The notes under the pieces are model-generated. The model saw only the letters and a program-made list of their open reading frames with translations, made no database searches and was not told where the DNA came from. This document shows positions 56,155 to 64,000 of a stretch of 64,000 nucleotides of DNA, in pieces. The stretch lies in IMG/VR virus record IMGVR_UViG_3300021963_006415, positions 1 to 64,000 of that record; one strand, given 5' to 3'. Position 1 is the first letter of the stretch. The number at the start of each line of letters is the position of its first letter. Position numbers and translations under genes: made by a program. This DNA is from a virus.

Positions 56155-56778
56155 TTATTGAACGTATGTTACTGTTACTGGAATTGTTTGTGAACCACCA
56201 GTTTCGTTACCATAAACAGTTATAGTTGTTTTGATAGTCGAAGTTAATGATGGGTTTGGAATAAATTTGAAAGTTAAACCCTTAGCTACTGCTGCTGTTG
56301 CTGATACATCATCACCAATAAAGATAGGTACAGTACCTACATCAGCGGTTACACCTTCACCTACAATATCACCAGCGTTTTTATTTGCTAATACGATTGT
56401 ATATCCTAATCTTCTATTTCCGGCAGGAGATGTAGTTGGAGATAATGAAACCTCACCACTTCTTTGATTTACTGCTACATTAGGAACACCAAATTCTACA
56501 ACTGGGATTCTTGTAGTATTTTTTGGAAGTGTTACGATTTTATATTTCATCACTTGAGTTTCATCAGGCGATGCTTCTAATACTGGCATATTTTTGATTG
56601 CTGCATCATAGTAAGCAGAACCCAATGGATGTGCTGGCTCATATAATGAATAATCTATCTCATCATCTGCTAAGGCAAATTGGGTAATATTTAAACCCAA
56701 ACCTGCTGCTAATTTTTCTCTACCTTTTTTAGTAAGAATTGCATCAACTGTCAATTCATTATTACTTAAATATCCCAT
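56155..56778 (-). CDS. Virion structural protein (tail collar/baseplate-like)
   Basis: DAILTKKGREKLA...ITQFALADDEIDY resembles tail-collar N-termini; Ig-like C-terminus; tandem ATATTTATA at 56800-56814. Confidence 0.55.
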   Translation of the reverse strand: MGYLSNNELTVDAILTKKGREKLAAGLGLNITQFALADDEIDYSLYEPAHPLGSAYYDAAIKNMPVLEASPDETQVMKYKIVTLPKNTTRIPVVEFGVPNVAVNQRSGEVSLSPTTSPAGNRRLGYTIVLANKNAGDIVGEGVTADVGTVPIFIGDDVSATAAVAKGLTFKFIPNPSLTSTIKTTITVYGNETGGSQTIPVTVTYVQ

Positions 56779-56826
56779 AGTTTTTTAATTATCTTTGTTT
56801 ATAAATATAAATATTTTAAAATTCCG

Positions 56827-59800
56827 TTATTCCACTTCCAATATTGGTTCACTTGCATCTCTACCCGCTTTATTAACTCTCAACGTATTTGGATTTGTTA
56901 AGAATGTTTCAACAGGAGGAGTACCATCCAATGTAGTTGCTGCCGTATTTTTTGAACCATTATAAAACGAATTTTGTAATCCTCTAGTTAAATCGGATGT
57001 ATTTCTATAATGCGTTTTTAAATATCCATTCAATGGAATTACTTCCATATTTGCATTTGATGATGTAAATTGATGTGAACCACTAAATGGTTGTATATTT
57101 AATTTTGTTTCAATATAAGTGTCCGTTCCAATTTTGTTATAAAGTCCACTAACTCCTACACTTCCTGTCAAATATACATATTCTCTAGTCTTTGTTTCTT
57201 TTATAATTTGAACTCTAACTCTTTCTTTTTTAAGATTACCATCTTTATCATAGTATGTTCTTATAGCAGAACCACTTTGTGCATAAATACCAAATCCAAC
57301 ATTCTCATAATCACTTTGCCCAACTACAACACTACTATTTATTAAATCTATTTCGGTTAATATAGTTGGTTCGTTAAACATAGAACCTATACTAGCCGTA
57401 TATTGATATGAATTACCTTCTAATATTGAAAACTCTTTTGCATCTATTGTAGATATGTGTTGATAAGATTCCCCATCTAATATTGCTGCTGAAGCAGATT
57501 GTATAGTTGATGTATATTGGTTATTTTCACCAATCAATGAATATTCACTTTCGGTATCTAATACAACATCGTATTGAGTATATTCAGCAGAAAGTAATTC
57601 ATTACCATATTGTATTACGGATTCATAATTGTTATGCTCACCAACTGGTTTTGAATATTGATGTTTACTTCTTTCTAAAATATGTGGTTCTATTAAAAGA
57701 CCGGTACTTGCTTTAACTCTTGCAGGTAACATCTTCTTAATATCTTCAAACATAGATTTCTCATATAGTTTGATTAAGTTGATGTATGAATAAATATCTC
57801 TGCCATCGAATCTTTGGAAATAGTAATGTCTTAACTTATCCAAATTTCTATAACTATCTTTATATCTATCCGATGGGTCACCAATGTAGTTATCCAAATT
57901 AATTCCACCAAACGATTTAGCAATATCAATATTCAACTCTTTTGTAGGAGAGAAGAATAAACCAACTCTATTTGAATCGGTTGGAGATTGGTCAAATGCT
58001 TTTTTAGTTGCTCTACCTTTTGATGATAAATCAGAAACTAATGTTTGCTCCTCAAATCTAACTTTATTAGTTGAATAACGAGATGAGCCCATATCAGGAA
58101 CTTCTAGCACAACACTTCTATCGATTGCCTCAAATTGATATGGATAATTTGGCTGTGCATTAAATCCTGCTACACTTGCGGAGAATGAAGCTGATGGATT
58201 AATTGAATACAAATCGGTTGAACTACCGCTTTCATAAGCTGCTCTATCAGAACCTTCAGCAAAGTAAATGTTTGTATCTACGTTTGGTAATGTTTGGAAT
58301 ACTGACAAATCTTTTGGATATTCAAAATCTAAACGGAAATGTAAATCATCGGTTGAAGATGAAATATGATTACCATTAATCATTTCAGGGAATGAAACGT
58401 GCTCATAGAATCTTTCTTTATTTAATGGCGTAGACCATAAACGGAATTCATCTGTTGTTCCAACAAAGTCATTACCAAATCTTATATTAGAACCATTGTT
58501 CCAATTTGAATTGGTTGCTAAAACGCTTATTGTTTTAGAGTCTTCAAATATAGTTCTATCTTTATCTGCTTGTCTTAAATTTAATTCAAAGTTATGATAG
58601 CTAGAACTAACTTCTCTACTAACTTCTACACCAAAAAATCTACCATTAAATATTGGTAATAATGATGATGATATTGCGTTTGAGCCCGAATAGTTTAATA
58701 TTACTCTACCATAATTTTGATTAGTAGAACCACTTATATGTACTCCCCAACCACTACCAGAAACAATATTATATTCACCGGCTACGGATGGTTTTACAAA
58801 AAATTCTATTGTATCTGGTTTTCTATTTTGATTTGTATTAAGCCAATCTATTGATATATAAGAGCCGTTATTCATTTTTAAACCATAAGTTAGATTATCA
58901 AATACTAACTTCGATTTACCAACTTCACTAACTTCCGGTCCCCCAAATTCTAAAATTGAAAGATTTGATGATGGAATACCATAACAACTTAATAGTGCAT
59001 ATATACCCCTTCTTGTACCTTTATGTTTTAATAGGTAAGGTAAGTTATTTACAATTCTTCTCCAAACTTCATATGTTCTTTGTTTAGCAGGATTTTCGTT
59101 TTTAATATTACCATCTACATCTATGCCAAATGCATATTCCCAAAGTTTAGAATCTGCTGCAAGATTTTTTGCATCCCAATTGAATGATTTAAGAATATCA
59201 AATAACAATTTATCTGATACGCCATCTTTTGCTTTATATCCCAGCCCTCTACTCCTTTCAATTGCTTTAGTGTGGAAGTAAATGTTATCAAAATGTTGAC
59301 CAACCATTGTAAAGAATAACGTAAATTGGTCATTTATTTCATTATTAACAATATATTCAGGTATGTTATTTAAAACATAATTTGGATTTTCAATATCAAA
59401 ATCTTCTGCTAAAGTTATTATATTATCATACCAAGGAGTAACACTTGCAGTATCAGATGAACTCAATCTAATATTGCCATTATAAGGCCATCCCATAGAA
59501 GATGATTCGTATAAGAATTTCTCAAATCCATCAAAACCAGCTATTAATGTATCTTTTTTAGATTGCTGTCTTTGTCTTTCTTGTATAGCAGATATTGAAC
59601 CTGTATGTGAGCCGGATAAAGGAGCTGAGCCTGTTAGGTATGTATTATTAAATGCCGTTTCATATACTTCAATTAATTGAACCTTATAAACAAAATTATC
59701 AACTCTTTCTTTAGCTGAACTAAAATGTACAAAGTTATTCCATAGATAGTCCGAACCGCTAGCATATTCCACATTTAATTCATCGGTATTTATTAAAGAT

Positions 59801-62004
59801 GATGTTAGGTATGTGGAAACTAATTGAGCCGATGATGTTGAACCACTTAATATAAGATTATCCAATGATTCATAAGTAGTAGATTGACCACTTACAAAAT
59901 CAGCATCAATATTAAAATTTGGTCCCTTTATTGGAGGGCATTTAACATCATCTTGCTCTGTAAGAACTATTGTTTCAATTAGTGGATTGGACATTAATTT
60001 GGTAATCCACAATGTAGAATTTACAGAAATGTTAGGATTTAAAGGCGTGTATAATTTAAGAATTAAAGAATCTACTTCATTAGTTATCTTTACGTTTCCT
60101 ATTTCATCTGTTTCTTTTTTCGATAAAGTCCAATTATCATTTTCCCAAGAAGAAATTAATATCTGCTCATCGTTACCAAAATTTGTTAAATGAGATAAAT
60201 ACTTATTTTCTTTTTCGGGTTCGATTACACTTAATTTTTCTGCAAAAGCATCAAATATAACAGTTGAGAATATATTTTCATCAAATTGAAATGCAGGTAA
60301 TCCTAAAGTAGTTATTACCTCATATTCGTTACCAATAAGTTCTTCGGCACCACCTCTATTAAATGGTTTAAATACTAAAGTTACGTTATCGCTTCCTGTC
60401 CAATTTGGAAACTTTTCTCTTAGAGTTTTTAAGTTTATTAAAACTTCTCCATTTGGATTTAAGTTTTTAAATAAACCTATTCTTCTTTTATCTTTTAGTA
60501 ATAAATCTACATCAATAGTTGTTGTTGAAAACGATGTATATTCTACTTTGTATTCTATATTAAAATCTGAAAACGATGGTACATCTATGTTTTGTGGAAA
60601 ATTTATTTCTGTAATTGATGGAAAATCGTTTACAGAATTAAAAGTAATTATTGAAGTAGCAGAATCACCTGTTCCGTATTTATCACTTTTAGCTAATAAT
60701 ACTACTTTTTTACTTCCGTAAATTTCACCAAAATCTTTTTTAAATGATAGTGTTATATATTCATTAGATGCTGGTATTGTTATTACTTCATCATTTCCAT
60801 TAATGTAAATTAATATATTATCAGCGTTTTGCGTTTTAAATGGAATAGAAATAGTTTTATCATCATCCGATTCTTTTACTTGGACAGATATTTGTTTATA
60901 TACATCATTTATTTCAATAGAAGGTCTTTCTACTTGTATTTCTTTTTCAAAAAGAGTTACAACCGATATGCCTGTTTTTAAAGATTGACCTGGTACACTA
61001 AAAACAGATGATTGACTAGTCCATTTACTATAATCAGAATCGTTTACCCCAGCTAATGCTGATGGGTTTGATGTTTGATATATGTTCTTTAAAAAATAGT
61101 TAGATGGTAAATTGTTGTATCTTATTTTAAAATCAACCCTACTATTATTTAAAGTATTTAAATCTATTTGTTTTATAGTATTTCCCGTCTCTAAATCAAT
61201 AGAACCTTCTCCTATTATATTGCCATTTGAAGAAAATATTGTATAATCTAATATTACATTTTTTCCTAATTCATTTTTTAAATTAGAAGAAAATCCAATT
61301 TCATATTCAACCATTTGTTGGGTTGGAGTTATTTGGTCTATTGGATTTACAACATCAATCGGAAAGTTTTTTTGTATAGGTTTTAATGTAAACGTTAATG
61401 GAACGCTACCAAAATTAAATGTTCTACTATCGGCAAATTGATATGTACCATCCGATTGTAATTGCCACTCTCTTAATGTTAATATTTCAGAGTAACTATA
61501 ATCGATGGCTGTTACGTTTGGTGTTATATTATAGTTAAATCCATAGTAACCATAATCATATCTGTTATAACCATAAAAATCATAATTTGTTGGTTGATAT
61601 GTGTTATAGTATGTATAATTTTGTGGTTGATATGTCTTTGTTACTTCTACCTCAAAATATTGATTTGGTAAAGTACCCTCTTTTCTAACCTCATATCTTT
61701 TAATACCATTAAATGTACTAGATGGAGAATATGTTATAGTATTTGAAATACCATATCCTTTGTTTATACCATTTTCTAAAAATTCTACTTCACCACTATT
61801 TGATAATAGAGTTATTGTTATAGAATTATTAGTTATTTGATTTGTATAATTAGTTGGTACATACGTTGGATTTGGGGTAACAGGTGGTACATAACCTCCT
61901 CCACCTCCACCACCTCCATTTATAAAAGCAGTGTAATTACCATATCCATCATATGAATTCAAAGTTGGTTCTCCACCAAATATATTTTCTAATGCTGCTA
62001 TCAC
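56827..62004 (-). CDS. Large baseplate wedge-like structural protein with LamG-like domain
   Basis: LLKHKGTRRGI (KGT motif of P2 gpI-like baseplate proteins), DTIEF..DEFRLW LamG-like region; ATATTTATA at 62019-62027. Confidence 0.6.
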   Translation of the reverse strand: MIAALENIFGGEPTLNSYDGYGNYTAFINGGGGGGGGYVPPVTPNPTYVPTNYTNQITNNSITITLLSNSGEVEFLENGINKGYGISNTITYSPSSTFNGIKRYEVRKEGTLPNQYFEVEVTKTYQPQNYTYYNTYQPTNYDFYGYNRYDYGYYGFNYNITPNVTAIDYSYSEILTLREWQLQSDGTYQFADSRTFNFGSVPLTFTLKPIQKNFPIDVVNPIDQITPTQQMVEYEIGFSSNLKNELGKNVILDYTIFSSNGNIIGEGSIDLETGNTIKQIDLNTLNNSRVDFKIRYNNLPSNYFLKNIYQTSNPSALAGVNDSDYSKWTSQSSVFSVPGQSLKTGISVVTLFEKEIQVERPSIEINDVYKQISVQVKESDDDKTISIPFKTQNADNILIYINGNDEVITIPASNEYITLSFKKDFGEIYGSKKVVLLAKSDKYGTGDSATSIITFNSVNDFPSITEINFPQNIDVPSFSDFNIEYKVEYTSFSTTTIDVDLLLKDKRRIGLFKNLNPNGEVLINLKTLREKFPNWTGSDNVTLVFKPFNRGGAEELIGNEYEVITTLGLPAFQFDENIFSTVIFDAFAEKLSVIEPEKENKYLSHLTNFGNDEQILISSWENDNWTLSKKETDEIGNVKITNEVDSLILKLYTPLNPNISVNSTLWITKLMSNPLIETIVLTEQDDVKCPPIKGPNFNIDADFVSGQSTTYESLDNLILSGSTSSAQLVSTYLTSSLINTDELNVEYASGSDYLWNNFVHFSSAKERVDNFVYKVQLIEVYETAFNNTYLTGSAPLSGSHTGSISAIQERQRQQSKKDTLIAGFDGFEKFLYESSSMGWPYNGNIRLSSSDTASVTPWYDNIITLAEDFDIENPNYVLNNIPEYIVNNEINDQFTLFFTMVGQHFDNIYFHTKAIERSRGLGYKAKDGVSDKLLFDILKSFNWDAKNLAADSKLWEYAFGIDVDGNIKNENPAKQRTYEVWRRIVNNLPYLLKHKGTRRGIYALLSCYGIPSSNLSILEFGGPEVSEVGKSKLVFDNLTYGLKMNNGSYISIDWLNTNQNRKPDTIEFFVKPSVAGEYNIVSGSGWGVHISGSTNQNYGRVILNYSGSNAISSSLLPIFNGRFFGVEVSREVSSSYHNFELNLRQADKDRTIFEDSKTISVLATNSNWNNGSNIRFGNDFVGTTDEFRLWSTPLNKERFYEHVSFPEMINGNHISSSTDDLHFRLDFEYPKDLSVFQTLPNVDTNIYFAEGSDRAAYESGSSTDLYSINPSASFSASVAGFNAQPNYPYQFEAIDRSVVLEVPDMGSSRYSTNKVRFEEQTLVSDLSSKGRATKKAFDQSPTDSNRVGLFFSPTKELNIDIAKSFGGINLDNYIGDPSDRYKDSYRNLDKLRHYYFQRFDGRDIYSYINLIKLYEKSMFEDIKKMLPARVKASTGLLIEPHILERSKHQYSKPVGEHNNYESVIQYGNELLSAEYTQYDVVLDTESEYSLIGENNQYTSTIQSASAAILDGESYQHISTIDAKEFSILEGNSYQYTASIGSMFNEPTILTEIDLINSSVVVGQSDYENVGFGIYAQSGSAIRTYYDKDGNLKKERVRVQIIKETKTREYVYLTGSVGVSGLYNKIGTDTYIETKLNIQPFSGSHQFTSSNANMEVIPLNGYLKTHYRNTSDLTRGLQNSFYNGSKNTAATTLDGTPPVETFLTNPNTLRVNKAGRDASEPILEVE

Positions 62005-62028
62005 TCTTTATTGTTTATTATAAATATC

Positions 62029-63405
62029 CTATTGTATGTTTTCTCTTTGAAGCATATCTCTTTCAAATACTTGCTCTCTACCATATCCAGTTCCTAAATC
62101 TCTTTCTATATAGCCGCCGCCTCCGCCACCGCCGCTATAAGATGGAGTATCTGCTATCGGAGTTTTTATTGGGTCCTCTAATATGGGCTCTTCTTTTACA
62201 GGTTCTATTTTAATAATAGGGTCTGGTTCTATTACTAAAATTGGTCTTGGTTTGATTGGCTCTATTTTAATAGGTTCAGGTTCTGCGGGTGGCGCTGGTG
62301 GTAAATCAACCGGCGGAATAACCTCTTTCGGTTGTTCTATAATATCAATTGGTTGTTCTACTTTTACATTATATATTTTACTACCTTTGATATTTAATTC
62401 TACTTTTTCAGGATTATATACATTCCTTACTCTATTTTCTTCAATTTTTATTTCACCAACTAAATCTTTAACTTCTTTTTTAAGTTCAGTAATTTCAAAC
62501 TCTTTAGGAAGTGTTTTTATAGTAATATCTCTTCTTTTTAATGTTTTTGTATGATAATCTATACAATTTCTTAATATAGAGTTTATTTCACTCAATAATC
62601 TACTAAATTCATATTGTTCACAATCTTCAAATCTAATTGCAGATGGTTTTCCAAAATTAGATTCTGAAACATTATAATTTTTATTGTTTACCCAATATGT
62701 TACACTATCTTTAAAATCAGAAAATATTCTTTTTTTAAATCCATCAAAATCAGATAAACCAAAATCTTTTTTAAGAATTGCAAAGAAATCTTTTCCGAAT
62801 CTAGCAATCATAGCATCGGTGATTGATTCTAAATATGTAACTTCAAATGAATCCAATGCATCTAATATATTTTTTTTGTAATATTTAAAATCTTTATTTA
62901 GGTTATTTATATTTTTAAATTCTAATTCTATTCTTTTATTAACAGTCGAATCACTTGTTTTTAATGGTAATACTCTTATCTCTTCTCTTGAGGGGGATAT
63001 TTCTTGTATCCAAACTCTACTTAATTCATTATCATTACCAACTCTATTTCTTACAAAGTTTATTATAACTTTAAGAATACCATTTGTAAATCCTAAGTCA
63101 TTTAATAATTTTTCAATATCAATTGCTAATTCTTTTTGACCACCTTTGTTTGTAAGGTTATATAAATAATTTTTAATATCGCCTGTTTTTATGTAAGCAA
63201 CATTATTACCCGTTTTGTGTGGAAGTAAATTGTTATTAATATCATAAACAGATACTTCCATAACATCGTATTTACAATCACCAAAATCGGTTTCTTCAAC
63301 TTCATTTTTTGTGACAATAAATTTGTCATCCTTCATCAAAAATTCACCTTGATTGGATTTATTTATGTCGATTGAATCGAAGTTTGTATATTTTGTAATA
63401 CTCAT
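62029..63405 (-). CDS. Probable structural protein with Pro-rich and poly-Gly C-terminus
   Basis: IQEISPSREEIR; lies in the structural cluster. Confidence 0.5.
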   Translation of the reverse strand: MSITKYTNFDSIDINKSNQGEFLMKDDKFIVTKNEVEETDFGDCKYDVMEVSVYDINNNLLPHKTGNNVAYIKTGDIKNYLYNLTNKGGQKELAIDIEKLLNDLGFTNGILKVIINFVRNRVGNDNELSRVWIQEISPSREEIRVLPLKTSDSTVNKRIELEFKNINNLNKDFKYYKKNILDALDSFEVTYLESITDAMIARFGKDFFAILKKDFGLSDFDGFKKRIFSDFKDSVTYWVNNKNYNVSESNFGKPSAIRFEDCEQYEFSRLLSEINSILRNCIDYHTKTLKRRDITIKTLPKEFEITELKKEVKDLVGEIKIEENRVRNVYNPEKVELNIKGSKIYNVKVEQPIDIIEQPKEVIPPVDLPPAPPAEPEPIKIEPIKPRPILVIEPDPIIKIEPVKEEPILEDPIKTPIADTPSYSGGGGGGGYIERDLGTGYGREQVFERDMLQRENIQ

Positions 63406-63415
63406 AATTTATTTA

Positions 63416-64000
63416 TTAATATGAATTAGGATGGTATTTACCAAAACCGGCATCATAAGTTTTTTCTTTGGATGTACCATCGGCACGTGTAATAGTTACT
63501 TTCAATGAACCACCTTTATAATCTTTTGAATGCGTATGCCCTCCAAATAATCCACCCTTCTTTCTAGCATCTAAATCACCAACACTATTTTCTGTTAGTG
63601 AAAATTCAATTGATTTGTTTTCGCCAGGAGCCATTGTGAATGATGTTGATGGTATTGAATAAAAATCTCTACCACCTTCCGGATTAGTTTTTGTTATTTT
63701 AACTGTTATTTCCTTTTTATCATTATTTGTTATACTTAATGATTTTCCGTTTTTCCATTGTGAACCACCGCCCGATTTGAATCTAGCCCATATCTTTGGT
63801 GCATTAGTATCTTCTTCAGGTTCTAACTTAACAATAGCAACTTCATTTATAACATCAGCTCCAGCAGCTTGTGCCTGTGCCTGTGTACCTTGTACAATTG
63901 CCTGTTGGTTTTGTACTGCTCCCAATTGAGATTGTAATCCTTCAACAATTGAATTCAATGAATCGATTTGTTTAATCAATGCTTGAATCTGAGCTTTAAA
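63416..64000 (-). CDS. Partial structural protein (coiled coil + Ig-like), runs off the window edge
   Basis: Frame remains open upstream of 63979 to the window end. Confidence 0.55.
   Translation of the reverse strand, partial: FKAQIQALIKQIDSLNSIVEGLQSQLGAVQNQQAIVQGTQAQAQAAGADVINEVAIVKLEPEEDTNAPKIWARFKSGGGSQWKNGKSLSITNNDKKEITVKITKTNPEGGRDFYSIPSTSFTMAPGENKSIEFSLTENSVGDLDARKKGGLFGGHTHSKDYKGGSLKVTITRADGTSKEKTYDAGFGKYHPNSY

Noticed and set aside
2326-62881. The many + strand ORFs in the track (e.g. 2326..2718, 8497..9012, 45098..45637) and nested minus ORFs 30260..30460 and 59121..59333
   Set aside because: They are antisense or out-of-frame shadows of well-supported minus-strand genes and show no recognisable motifs
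1-64000. Stop-codon reassignment, tRNAs, CRISPR arrays, introns/inteins, IS elements
   Set aside because: Genes tile densely under the standard code, terminase/portal/primase are uninterrupted, and intergenic gaps are too short or show no such structure

Overview
A 64 kb, very AT-rich segment of a large T4-like (gp17/gp20/gp21-type head) bacteriophage genome. It probably infects Bacteroidota, judged from a Bacteroidota-type bS21 gene, a TTTG-N20-TAnnTTTG host promoter and a lack of obvious Shine-Dalgarno sequences. Almost all genes are on the minus strand. In transcription order (right to left): baseplate/tail structural genes (53.4-64 kb); T7 endonuclease I-like resolvase, primase and a fused Mre11-Rad50 (gp47-gp46) gene (48.9-53.4 kb); a 2177-aa tail fibre with an S74 chaperone; a tightly packed ~27 kb glycan biosynthesis/modification island (14.7-42 kb) with GT7-LamG, GT2/GT4-like, SGNH, radical SAM, methyltransferase, TPP-dependent and nucleotide-sugar enzymes; then the head/packaging module (1342-aa multidomain protein, terminase, portal, internal-head proteins, prohead protease) and bS21. 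Main leads: (1) a probable phage-encoded virion glycosylation system, with an over-abundant [S/T]-G-S motif in tail proteins as a candidate sequon; (2) a well-supported -1 programmed frameshift (A AAA AAG, 8-nt spacer, 17-bp hairpin) in a head gene, with a possible second site in the 1342-aa gene; (3) head polyproteins of small modules separated by gp21-type cleavage sites; (4) a strand-specific ATATTTATA promoter motif. No tRNA, rRNA, CRISPR, intron or IS was recognised. All family calls come from motif recognition, not database searches.
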